DNA from: Deltaproteobacteria bacterium
GTDB lineage: Bacteria; UBA10199; SPLOWO2-01-44-7
Assembly: GCA_016203765.1 (NCBI GenBank)
Contig: JACQMB010000145.1
Coordinates: 72,964-136,963, forward strand
Direction of reading: 5' to 3'
DNA: 64,000 nt
The translations under genes and the position numbers were made by a program. Below are positions 28,701-37,800 of this stretch, in pieces (position 1 is the first letter of the stretch; the number at the start of each line of letters is the position of its first letter). Below the pieces are notes generated by a model. That model searched no databases. It was not told the DNA's origin and worked only from the letters and a program-made list of their open reading frames with translations.

Positions 28701-31452
28701 GCGGGGAGACCAGAGTAGAGCTTTGAGAAACGACCGATCTGCCGCCGGCGGCTTCATAGCCTTCGGCGGTAAAGGTGAGATGATAGGCTGCCTTGCCAAA
28801 ACGTTTCAAATCGAGATCAAATTCACACTCTCCCTCTTCATTGGTCGTTTGATCTTTAAGGCGCTCGCTGATCTTGTTTTCTTCTTTAAAGGGATCGGTA
28901 AAAATATAATCGCGGTATTCTTGAAACTCAAAGGCCATTTGGGGCCGAAGCAAGATGTATCCGGCAACGCGCCGGTTGGCCGCGGGTGTGCCGAAGAGAT
29001 TTTTTAGTGTGACCCGGCCTTTCAAATTTTCGGGCAAAACCCAGCCTTTCTCTCTTTCTAAAGAAAGGGCGGAGGTGATTTTCATTCGGTCCGGAAGAAA
29101 TTCTTCCACTCTGACGGACGTTTCTCCAAGCCAGCTGCGCTTATCGTCGTCTTTGACCACATAGGCATCGACCCGGTAAATACCCGTGGGGGAGGTCTCC
29201 TCGGTTTGATAGGCAATCTCTTCAAAGGCCTGGCCTGATAGGAAAATCTTTTCCCTTTGTACCTCCAGACCCCGGGCGTCGCTGACGACGATTTCCAATG
29301 GAATATCGGCAAGCTTTTTGCTCCAGTCGGAGGTTTTGACGATGATGCCGATATGAAAAGTTTCACCCGGCCGGTAGATGCCCCGGTCCGAAAAAAGAAA
29401 GGCATCAAGGCGTTCTTTCCCGTAGGATGAGGTGCCGATGCCGCCAATATCGAAGCGGGAGAAGTTCAAGTCCCGGTCGCGCCGGTCGTAGGTTAAAAAG
29501 GAAAGGTCCTTTCCCTTGCGGACGACATAAACCGTCGGCTCTTTGTCACGCTTGAAATCCTTGAGCGAGGGAATGAGGGCGTGTCCTTGATCGTCCGTCT
29601 TTTTGGTTGCAATCGGCAGGCCGTTTTTGCCGAGGACTTCGACGGTTGCTCCCGTGACCGGGCGCCCCTGATCGATGGATTGAACAAAAACATCGTGGGT
29701 GCCGTGAGGGGAATCCTTGACCAGAAGACCGAGGTCGGTCACCAGGATAAAACGGTGGTCTTGGGAACCGATGAATTTCTTTTCTTCGGGGCGGTAACCG
29801 GAAACGGTAACGAAAAAGAGGCCGTGGTCAGAGGCGCCTTTGAGATAATCGGTGAAATCAAAGGCGCTGTATTGGGGTTTTTTCGACGCGGAGTCGGCCA
29901 GTTCGCGTATTTCGGTATAGCGCTCCGTAATATTGTCGCGGTCGAATTTGTAATAGTGAAAGTCGGGGTGATCAAAATTCCCGGCGGTTTGACTTACCAG
30001 ATGATTGACCTGATTTGGCAAGACCCTGCCGATTTCGAAATGGAGAGCGGGCACGCCGCGGGAGACGACCGTGATCGTCCTCTTGCCGGCCAGACTCAAC
30101 ACCGCCCCCTCATGCAGGATTTTGGCCTCCTTGGGAAGCGGCGGAACTTTCAAAATTTTGTCATGTTCCTTGGCCAGGATGTAGCCGCCATGGGATGAAA
30201 TACCCTTTTTAAGTTTGAGATAAAGATAACGGTCTTCTTCGGCCTCAAATTTAAAACTGTGAAGAGTGGAATATTCTTTGTCGGTGGGGATTGCCTCCAG
30301 TTTTAAAGGTGCGGCCGCATCCAAAACTTCGGGGCCTACTTCCGATGGGCTTTGCCAGCGATAATTTTTCTCAACCTCTCCTCCTTCCAGCAGGGGAGGA
30401 CGATCCAAGGGCAAAAGATAGGCTTCCAAATTTTTTTGAAAATCCTGAGACAAAACCCCGTCCGTCATCTCAAAAACCAAAACCTGTTCAGCCTCCAACA
30501 GTTTGTTGTAGGCGTGGGTCAGCGAGGCCTTCTCAAGCCTAAAAAAATTGTAAACACCTGGAATTCCCACTTGGAAAGCAATTTCTTCTTTTGTTGGCGG
30601 GCCGCCTTTGGCTGAGCGAATCCCTTTTTGAACAGTCACGATCATCTCTGCATCTTGCAACGGGATTGTGACGGTATTGGTATGAATGTAAGCCTCGCTT
30701 TTGAATTCATTGTAGGTGACGCGATAACCGAAATCCTTTTTCTTCTTCTCCTCTTTCATTTGAACCTGGATACGTTTCTCCAGACTGGCCGGATCGACCG
30801 GATGGCTAAAGCGGAGGGTTGCGAGGATCTTTTTGTTTTTGGGATCTCTCGGGTCTTGATAAAATTCCTTCTTGGCGAGTTCGGTCTGAAATGAAGCCGA
30901 TTGGAAGCGGTGCTCATATTTTTTAAGAAGGATGTGTTCGGGAAAAAGGGTTTTCGCGAAGGCGACATCAAATTCCTGGCCCACCGGCCAATCTTCTTTG
31001 GGAGTAAAAACGAGTTGCCGGTCGGATTCCCATTTCCAGGTCCCTTCTAATCCCGGTGAGAGTTGAATGCCTTGTGATATCTCTTGTCCGACCTGTTTTA
31101 GTTGGGCCACCGAGTTGTTAAAAATAATCCTGGCCGGATAGGGCTTGGCATCTTTTTCCATCGGCGTTGCGGAAGGGTTGTTTACATAAAAGGTGTATCG
31201 GACCGGCTTGGGAAGGATTTTATACCAAATAATCCCCCCGCTACCGCAGGCAATCAGCAACACCGAGAGCATGTGAAATGTCCAAAACCTGCGCGGGTGA
31301 TGGTGTTTTAGGGAGGTATAACGTGCAACCATCCGGGAACAGGGTTGCTTGATGCCGGTTTTAATGGAGACGAGCCATTTTGGAGGCATCCAGGAAACCT
31401 CACCAAAGACGGCCTTGAAAATTTTGAGGCCCTGTTTTTGATCAGATGCCAT
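25708..31452 (-). CDS. Bacterial alpha-2-macroglobulin family lipoprotein (YfhM/ECAM-like) with a thioester
   Basis: 1914 aa. Lipobox LLIACGSG. Thioester motif GCTEQ in FPYGCTEQIV. Stop overlaps the pbpC start, the classic A2M-PbpC pairing. Confidence 0.85.
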   Translation of the reverse strand: MASDQKQGLKIFKAVFGEVSWMPPKWLVSIKTGIKQPCSRMVARYTSLKHHHPRRFWTFHMLSVLLIACGSGGIIWYKILPKPVRYTFYVNNPSATPMEKDAKPYPARIIFNNSVAQLKQVGQEISQGIQLSPGLEGTWKWESDRQLVFTPKEDWPVGQEFDVAFAKTLFPEHILLKKYEHRFQSASFQTELAKKEFYQDPRDPKNKKILATLRFSHPVDPASLEKRIQVQMKEEKKKKDFGYRVTYNEFKSEAYIHTNTVTIPLQDAEMIVTVQKGIRSAKGGPPTKEEIAFQVGIPGVYNFFRLEKASLTHAYNKLLEAEQVLVFEMTDGVLSQDFQKNLEAYLLPLDRPPLLEGGEVEKNYRWQSPSEVGPEVLDAAAPLKLEAIPTDKEYSTLHSFKFEAEEDRYLYLKLKKGISSHGGYILAKEHDKILKVPPLPKEAKILHEGAVLSLAGKRTITVVSRGVPALHFEIGRVLPNQVNHLVSQTAGNFDHPDFHYYKFDRDNITERYTEIRELADSASKKPQYSAFDFTDYLKGASDHGLFFVTVSGYRPEEKKFIGSQDHRFILVTDLGLLVKDSPHGTHDVFVQSIDQGRPVTGATVEVLGKNGLPIATKKTDDQGHALIPSLKDFKRDKEPTVYVVRKGKDLSFLTYDRRDRDLNFSRFDIGGIGTSSYGKERLDAFLFSDRGIYRPGETFHIGIIVKTSDWSKKLADIPLEIVVSDARGLEVQREKIFLSGQAFEEIAYQTEETSPTGIYRVDAYVVKDDDKRSWLGETSVRVEEFLPDRMKITSALSLEREKGWVLPENLKGRVTLKNLFGTPAANRRVAGYILLRPQMAFEFQEYRDYIFTDPFKEENKISERLKDQTTNEEGECEFDLDLKRFGKAAYHLTFTAEGYEAAGGRSVVSQSSTLVSPLEFLVGFKPDGDLRYIRKESERSVHLVAVDPALSKIASSGLTFDFVELQYVSVLTKQESGVYKYESVRKETRRAKKPLAIPADGLLYELPTKDAGDFALIVRDENDTELNRIEFSVVGEADLGRSLEKHAELTIKLNKTDFNPAEEIEVSIKAPYTGSGLLTIERDRVFAFKWFQTKTTGSVQTIRVPNDLEGNAYINVSFVRSLDSKEIYMSPLSYGVAPFTVSRARRIHPIQISAPDTAKPGEPFPIKYKGAHPAKAIIFAVDEGILQVAKYQTPKPLDHFFRKRALEMTTAQILDLILPEFVSEQFLSAAGGGEAEALGANLNPFKRKKLKPAIFWSGIIDLDSKERELVYHIPDHFNGTLRVMAVAVSPSTIGVDEKKSFIRGDLIMSPNVPTFVAPGDTFEVSVAVTNNVKNSGEAALVTLALATSEHVQILEEANKKINVPEGKEKTARFKVKANDILGSGRFTFSALLDNKKSQYTIDLSVRPATPYVTTLTSGFVKKGTKDVPVTREMYPHHRKLEASASMVPLGLAHGLIHFLKEFPYGCTEQIVSQAVPALLLRNRPDFGFEPEKAEANLGRTIRILQARQNEEGAFGFWAANSHVDNFQSVYALHFLTEAKESGYPVPIRLLEKGLGFLKNLSNQVPASLAKARNQAYAIYILTRNGIVTTNELTVLIESLEKEYPKTWKKDLSGLYVAATYQLLQKESQAQDIIAKVSATAVSTTDHHASCEPFDHNSQYLYIVARHFPENLKRFTGGQIMQILQPLMEGHYNTITSAYTIMALDAYMDAVPEAELAKVSVSEILPGGQSKLLLLPEGTFPAASFSEQAEKIRFEGKAEQSIFYQMTEAGFDRNLPENQIKDKLEVYREYRNEEGSEIDKTEVGANVDVHLKFRSIQESGCQNIAIVDLLPGGFEVDIEASRNSETGWIPEHVEIRGDRVILYGFVGSSTQEYVYRVRATNAGTYQVPPTFGEAMYNRSVKARTLGGQMVVTERE

Positions 31453-31529
31453 AAGAAACAGAAGTGCGGTTTGGCCCTCTTTTTATGCAATAAAATTCCC
31501 CTTGGCAACCAGAGAATTTGGATTGTAAC

Positions 31530-31561
31530 TTAAACGGGCTTTTTACTATGACATCCCGGTT
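31530..31561 (-). promoter_or_regulatory. Second copy of the conserved motif, upstream of the alpha-2-macroglobulin gene
   Basis: ttaaacgggctttttactatgacatcccggtt, compared with 23341..23372. Confidence 0.4.
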
Positions 31562-31657
31562 GCTATGTTTGAGTAACCGCGGATTTTAGAAAGACAATGT
31601 CTTCGTCGTGTCGTTCGACTTTGTCAGCGACACCATTCAATTTTTGTTTGATTTCCT

Positions 31658-32383
31658 TTACGTCGGTTTCAATGATCTCAACTGACCTTCCCCCGATTTA
31701 TACTTAATGATACACGCGAGGGTAGAGCCCTCCTTCACGAAGCTCTTCACATCGGCGAAAAAAATATCGGTGTCGTACTCGCAGGCGCGGGCCACGTGCG
31801 CGTAGTCCTGGCTAGCTACGAGCTTGCCTTCCTTCACTTCGAACTTGAGGTCGTTGTCGAGGAGTTGCTCATCGGTGTAGTAATCCTTGCATCCCTCCAT
31901 ATCAGGTGGAATATTGGCGAGCATCTTTTCCACAACCAAATGCTTGAAGACTTTCAGGTCACGAACCTGATCTTCAATGGCCACTTTTTCACCGCTGCGC
32001 AGGTCATAGAACGAAGTCCTAATGCCGGCATCCGGGTAAGGACCGCCACAATAGAAGTCGTAGCTACTAGTGATGGCCAGGGCTTCCTGATTGGCGAAGG
32101 TCACCTTGGGGGCGAGGTTCGATTCCATGTTCTTGCGTCGCTTGGGATCGGCGTCACAGATGTACCTCTTGGCTTCTTTCAACAGCGAGGTGTTCAGCTT
32201 ATTGCGAATCGCGCGGTTGGTGAGTTTGCGGGTGAGCTGTACGTACTGAATGCTAAATTTTCCGCGATTATCGTTTCCGCGAATCCGCTTGATTACGGTG
32301 AGTCCGGGTTGGATCTCTGCATGAGCCACGAGACCCGAGCCGAGAGCGCTAAGTGAGAGGGTGAGCAAAAAGACTTTCTTCAT
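31658..32383 (-). CDS. Secreted hypothetical protein
   Basis: Signal peptide MKKVFLLTLSLSALGSGLVAHA. No recognised domain. Confidence 0.45.
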   Translation of the reverse strand: MKKVFLLTLSLSALGSGLVAHAEIQPGLTVIKRIRGNDNRGKFSIQYVQLTRKLTNRAIRNKLNTSLLKEAKRYICDADPKRRKNMESNLAPKVTFANQEALAITSSYDFYCGGPYPDAGIRTSFYDLRSGEKVAIEDQVRDLKVFKHLVVEKMLANIPPDMEGCKDYYTDEQLLDNDLKFEVKEGKLVASQDYAHVARACEYDTDIFFADVKSFVKEGSTLACIIKYKSGEGQLRSLKPT

Positions 32384-32436
32384 AATTTCATCAATCGACT
32401 TGACCCCTTATACAAATTCGGGGGACAAAATTCGGA

Positions 32437-32484
32437 GGACACGATACTTAATTCCTCATAGGCCGAAATAAGTATCGTGTCCCC
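32437..32484. repeat. REP-like palindromic hairpin (GGACACGATACTT stem, ~21-nt loop)
   Basis: ggacacgatacttaattcctcataggccgaaataagtatcgtgtcccc. A perfect 13-bp inverted repeat. Confidence 0.8.
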
Positions 32485-32537
32485 TGATATCCACTATAGT
32501 TCGCCGCCTTGCATCCCCGCTTGCATTAAAGCACTTG

Positions 32538-33146
32538 CTACTTGCCGTTTTTTATTTTTTTGTCTCGTAAATATTTGTCAATGTTCGCAATAACTTTGTA
32601 TCCTCTGTCATAGTCGAAAATACAACTGTCCTTTTGTAAGCTGTTTCCTTTTTGGTCAATTAATTTATATTCTTTGCCAATTATCTTGAGGTCAGTGTCG
32701 TAGTACTCCGTTTTTGTCTCGTATGCAACATCGTCAGTGCAAATGCTGTTAAAAAAAATTGTCTGGCGTTCAAAAGCAAAAGTTTTTCCGTCTTTGTCAA
32801 AGTAATGAGAAAAGGTTATGTCCCAGTCCCCGCTTTCACTGTAAGGCATTTCTCTAGCAACAATAAGTTTTCCGTTGTTGCCTTTAAATAAGTTGTAAGT
32901 AGTTTCAATACTGTCTGGCCACTTTTCATTTTCTATTTGCACTAAATCATTCTTGTCAGCCAATTTTACAAAGACAATTATTTTATTTCTGTTGTTGTTG
33001 AAAAGGGTATCTACTTCTGCTTTCCGATGTTTAAGTTGCCCAATGTCTGTTTTGGAAATAAGTTGCAAAGTGTGCGTCTCAGAATTGCTAAAACTGCACA
33101 AAATCAACAGTCCGAAAAAAGTTGTCAGTATGTAAAAGTGTCTCAT
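32538..33146 (-). CDS. AT-rich small secreted hypothetical protein (possible orphan immunity or accessory gene)
   Basis: Signal peptide MRHFYILTTFFGLLILCSF. Markedly lower GC than the flanking DNA. Confidence 0.4.
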   Translation of the reverse strand: MRHFYILTTFFGLLILCSFSNSETHTLQLISKTDIGQLKHRKAEVDTLFNNNRNKIIVFVKLADKNDLVQIENEKWPDSIETTYNLFKGNNGKLIVAREMPYSESGDWDITFSHYFDKDGKTFAFERQTIFFNSICTDDVAYETKTEYYDTDLKIIGKEYKLIDQKGNSLQKDSCIFDYDRGYKVIANIDKYLRDKKIKNGK

Positions 33147-33206
33147 TTTAAAATGGCAAGTAACTGACCAGCCCCCGATATCGCGAAAGTGGCGATTCTC
33201 TTATAT

Positions 33207-33974
33207 TCAATCCGTCACCTGATAGATCAGAAGGACTATATTTTTCGGAAGAAACTCTTTTCTGAAATGGTCATAATAATGCTCACATATACCCCGCCAC
33301 CAAGGAGCATCGGCTCCCTCAGGTTGCAAAATCTTTTGATCGCTCAAGTATTTCTTAAATAAGGTTTGGAGTTTCTGAGGGGTATCCCATTGAGAGTTAT
33401 AGCTAGCTAAACTGATATGCCCACATGTGGAATAGTTTTCATCGACGAAAAGCGCAATAGCCGGTTTTTGGAGTAATGTCAGTTCTTTTTTATTCAAAAC
33501 AACTACGGGAGCAACGCCAATCACCTGACAACTGACAATATGGGCCTTTTTAACTGTGGCCAGATTTACTTTGATTCTTTCCGACTCTAATGTTGCAGTG
33601 AACGAAGTTCTTTTCTCAAGGAGATAATCGGCCCCATCACAGCAAATTTTATCCCGCTTTTCGGGAATGTAAGCAATAGAATAGATTTTCTGGAAAAGGG
33701 CCACTTCCTCGTCTGCGCCCTTTTTTATGAATCTCTTTAAAAAGGCCTCGTCGTTCAGAACAACTTTTTCAAAATTGTCACCTCTAACAACATACTGATT
33801 CCCTTTCTTAACGCAGCCACCATAACCACTGCTCTCTAAAAAGCCGGAAGTTGTTCTTCCATTCTTCATTTCCAAATCCGTTTTGATAATAAACGTTTCG
33901 GGAATATCCGCATAACACAAGGAAATCATGCCAAGCTGGGATAAAAACAATAAGAAAGCCAGTTTTTTCATCAT
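33207..33974 (-). CDS. AT-rich secreted hypothetical protein
   Basis: Signal peptide MMKKLAFLLFLSQLGMISLCYA. The ORF-track N-terminal extension runs through a REP hairpin, so the start was set at MMKK. Confidence 0.4.
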   Translation of the reverse strand: MMKKLAFLLFLSQLGMISLCYADIPETFIIKTDLEMKNGRTTSGFLESSGYGGCVKKGNQYVVRGDNFEKVVLNDEAFLKRFIKKGADEEVALFQKIYSIAYIPEKRDKICCDGADYLLEKRTSFTATLESERIKVNLATVKKAHIVSCQVIGVAPVVVLNKKELTLLQKPAIALFVDENYSTCGHISLASYNSQWDTPQKLQTLFKKYLSDQKILQPEGADAPWWRGICEHYYDHFRKEFLPKNIVLLIYQVTD

Positions 33975-33994
33975 TTGAAATCGGGGGCAATAGA

Positions 33995-34043
33995 GGGACA
34001 CGATACTTAATTCCTCATAGGCCGAAATAAATATCGTGTCCCC
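33995..34043. repeat. REP-like hairpin (same family, one mismatch)
   Basis: gggacacgatacttaattcctcataggccgaaataaatatcgtgtcccc. Confidence 0.8.
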
Positions 34044-34051
34044 TGATTTCG

Positions 34052-34097
34052 GGGGACACAATATCTATTTTTCGATGGAATTGTGTATTGTGTCCCC
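34052..34097. repeat. Variant REP-like hairpin (GGGGACACAATA stem)
   Basis: ggggacacaatatctatttttcgatggaattgtgtattgtgtcccc. 12-bp perfect inverted repeat. Confidence 0.75.
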
Positions 34098-34505
34098 GGA
34101 TTTCCTCTTTATACTGTTTTTATATTTTTTAATGGCTTGAGTAAAAGCATCGGATGAGAAGCCTGGATAATTTAACCTGTTATTTGGATGTGGGATGATT
34201 TCCCCAGGTGCCCACGGTCTAGCATCTAATAGCTGCGCAATATTTTTAATCGATAGGGAAACGTTTTTTCTGCTCTTCAATTTTTTTGTCAGTTCGAACC
34301 GCCCATCGATTCCCCTAATCCATCCACCTTTAACCAACCTGCATAGCCCGCTTTCGAATTCCTCCCGGGTGAAAATGGCATGATTAATGGCGTCCCCTGC
34401 GGCAATGATTTGCCAAAACTCAGCGGGCCCTTCCATGGCGGCAGTTCCAATGGCAACAAGTAGCCACGCATCAGACCATCGGTATCTGATTTGATCATTG
34501 TTCAT
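34065..34505 (-). CDS. Hypothetical protein, AT-rich (possible immunity or orphan module)
   Basis: 146-aa ORF in the AT-rich island downstream of RHS-1. Its 3' end overlaps the REP hairpin. Confidence 0.35.
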   Translation of the reverse strand: MNNDQIRYRWSDAWLLVAIGTAAMEGPAEFWQIIAAGDAINHAIFTREEFESGLCRLVKGGWIRGIDGRFELTKKLKSRKNVSLSIKNIAQLLDARPWAPGEIIPHPNNRLNYPGFSSDAFTQAIKKYKNSIKRKSGDTIHNSIEK

Positions 34506-34545
34506 AGTACCCGTAGTCGCTTATGACCATGTCATCAAAATTGGG

Positions 34546-34833
34546 TCAGAAGTCCAACTTGACCCCTTTTCTTTTTCTTATCTTAATTATTGGCAATCCC
34601 ATATAAGATTTGGGCAAAATGACTTTGCCTCCACCTTTTCTTAAGGTTACTACAACACTAGGAACTTCTCCGATTCCATATCTGTCAACAACAACATTAA
34701 CAACTTTTTTAAAACTAAATTCACTCAAAAAAGATTTTTGGATGTTCTTAAATAAAGCTTTATCTCCAAGAGAGTGACAAAGGTAATCAGTTTTTTCCTC
34801 ATCGCTCAGTTTTTTAAATTTCTCAAAGTTCAT
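34546..34833 (-). CDS. Putative immunity protein for the RHS-1 C-terminal toxin
   Basis: 95-aa ORF starting 1 nt after the RHS-1 stop. AT-rich like the toxin tip. Confidence 0.5.
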   Translation of the reverse strand: MNFEKFKKLSDEEKTDYLCHSLGDKALFKNIQKSFLSEFSFKKVVNVVVDRYGIGEVPSVVVTLRKGGGKVILPKSYMGLPIIKIRKRKGVKLDF

Positions 34834-34834
34834 T

Positions 34835-37800
34835 TCAATTAACTATAAAAATTTCATCAGTTTTAATTGGCCCCTCTACTTTAAACTGTGGAATTCCCTT
34901 TGGGCCCATATTTGTTTTGCCAGCAGGTTTTACCCGAACAGATGGTTTTACTTCAATCAATTCTCCCCCCTTTTCAAAGTATTTTCTAATTTTTGGATCC
35001 TTCTGAAGGTTCTTGTTATAAATTGTTTTAATAATATCATCAGGTTTGCTTAAATCAACCTTCCTAAGATCATCAAACTTTCCTACTGTCGGCCAATTCT
35101 TCTTAGGTAGTCCTCCTTCCTTTATTATTTTCTCATATGCACCTTTAGGAATAATTTTCCCATAGGCTTTGGTAACATCACTCCCCTTATCCACCGCTTT
35201 GATAAGTTTGGCGCCCTTGTTGACAAATTTCCCACCAGTGGCCACCCAGCCGGCGAAGGGGATGGCGGCGCCGGCGGAGAGGGCGGCATTTGTATAATCG
35301 CCCCTGGCAGTGTAAATGCCGGCATTAAGTAAATCCAGAGGCTCGCCAATGCCGGGGATGAGGCCACCCACATCAAGTACAAATTGGCCAACATCTAGAA
35401 GGGTCTCAACGAGTTCGTTTTTCTTCCCCTTCTCTGTTCCAAAGGAATCAATCCAATTCAACGGGTCGTTGGTAGCATACGCATACACATTGGGTCCATC
35501 GATCATGCCTAAGGGGTCCTTGGAGGTAAATTGGCCGAGGGTGGGGGAGTAGTAGCGGTTTTTGTAATAGTAGAGTCCTGTTTCAGCGTCGAAGTATTGG
35601 CCGGTGTAGGTGAGGGGGTTGGAGATGGGGGCGATGGGGGCCAGGTCGGAGGCCTTGGCGGCGGCGGTGCGGAGTTTTGGTTGCGGCTCCGGTCCCCGCG
35701 CGGTCAGCGCGCCGTATTCGCCATACTCGTAGCGCTGGGCCATCCGGCCGTGTTCATCGCTCAAGCCGGTGATGGAGCCGAGGCGGTCGCGGTGATAATA
35801 AAAAAGCCGCCCGCCCGACTTTAACGCCACCGGTTCATCGAGGGATTTGCCGTGGATGTAGACGTTGCCGAGCTGGCCGTTTTCGTATTCTTCGATGAGG
35901 TTCCAGTTGTCATAGACAAACTCGATGGAACGGATGTAGGGACCCGCGTCGGCGGCCTCATTCGAAACGGCTGTCTCGTTCGCTGCCACCGGCCCCATCC
36001 TTACGTTCTCAAAGAAGACCTGTTTTTTGACTCTCCGGTTGTGGGCGTCGTAGGTGTATTTGGCAACGAGCTTGCCGGTGGCCTTGTCCTTGACCTGGGT
36101 TAAGCGATTGAAGGGGTCATATTCGAAAAGGTATTGAGTGTTGAGGGAGGTAAGATTACCGCGTTCGTCGTAGGCTAGGGGATCGCCGTTGAAGGAGGCG
36201 TATTGAAACCCCGCGCCGGAGGCGATGTTTGTGACTTCTTCTTTCTTCTTGCCGTCTTTCTCAATAATGCTTCGCCACTGGCCCTCGGCGGCGTAGGTGT
36301 ATTCGCGTTTGGTTGCGGCCAGCGACCAGGCCTGATCCCATGAATTTTTGTTCCCTCTGGGACCTTCGGTCTTCCCTACTTTTTCCAGTTGATCCAAATT
36401 ATTGTAGCCAAAGACCTCCCAGGTCTTTTGTTTGACGTCTTCTTTTAAAATCACCCTCCCTTTGAGATCGTAGGCGTAGGCCAGTTTGGAGAGAATATTC
36501 TTTTCTTTTTGGTAGTTTTCCTCCACCAGTTGCATCAGCGAATCGTAATTCAAGTTTTTGGTAATGCCGTTGCCCAGTGTTTCTTTTTGGGTAAATCCCA
36601 ACAGGGCGTATTGATACTGGCTGACACTTTGGCCGTTCACCTGGATATTTTCCAGCCAGCCCGCGGGATCAAAACTCTGCGTTACTTCTTCGCCCGAAGG
36701 ATAGAAGAGGGCGGTCTTTTGGCCCCGAATGTCGAAACGTTTTTTTAAGGTGCGGCCGGCTAAAGTTTCTTGAACAAGATTGCCAAGATTGTCATAGCCA
36801 AATTGGGAGGTGATATCATCGGTGGGATCGGCGGGGTCGTTCAAATCAGTGCCGGCCGTCAGCCGGCCCAAGGGATCGTAGCCGTAAGTTTGCTTGTAGG
36901 CGCCGCTGGCCCTTTCAATCAAACGATTGAGGGCGTCATAGGTATAGTCATACTTCGTTTGGCCCGCGGTCAGCGAGGTAAGGTTGCCCGCCGCGTCGTA
37001 GGCGTATTCCCTGCGCACGCCGTCGGCTCCCACTTCGGTTTTTTTGCGCCCCTGGCTGTCATAAGTGTATTGGACTTTATTGCCCTGACCATCGAGGAAG
37101 GCCTCCAAGACTTCATTATTCCACAAAAGTTTTCGCTCCCTTGTCCCTTGCGCCTCTTTGAGCAAGCGTCCGATCCCGTCATAATAATAGAGCGTCTCCT
37201 GGTTTAAGGGATCGATCTCTTTAATGAGCTGGCCCAGGCTGTTATAGATTTTTTGGTAACTCGCCCCCTTGGCATCGGTTTGGGAGACAATCTGGCCCAG
37301 GGCGTCATATTGATAGCGCTCCGATAGGGAATGTAACCCCTTGGCGATCTTTCGCTCCGTGATCAGCCCTCTGGAATCGTAGCTTAATTGAATCGCGTTG
37401 CCCGAGGCGTCTTCAATGGCGGCGACTTCGCCGAAGGAATTATAGCCAAACTTTTGCGCCAGCCCCAGCGGGTCACGGATTTCCTTCAGCAGGGGACCCG
37501 CGTAGACAAATTCCTTTTTCACCCAATCTTGCGTCCCTTCCGCCGAGCCGACCAGCCTCTCTTCCTCGGAGACTTTGCGCCCCAGGGCGTCATAGGCAAA
37601 CCGGACTTCCTTTAAGATGGCGGCCTTGGCGTCTTTAAACTGATAACCGGCGATCTCCCCCAGCCCGGTGTAGTCAATCTCCAAATGACTGCCCAACGGA
37701 TCAATAAACTTGGCAACGCGCGAGAGCGAATCCCTTTGGTATTCCTTCCGGTTTCCCTTGGCATCGCTCTCGGCAATCAAAAAACCGTCCGCGTCGTATT

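Noticed and set aside
35852-36103. 83-aa ORF mirrored at 61618..61869, and many other small ORFs inside the RHS genes
   Set aside because: Antisense artefacts of the YD-repeat coding sequence. They were useful only as evidence that the two RHS genes are near-identical inverted copies.
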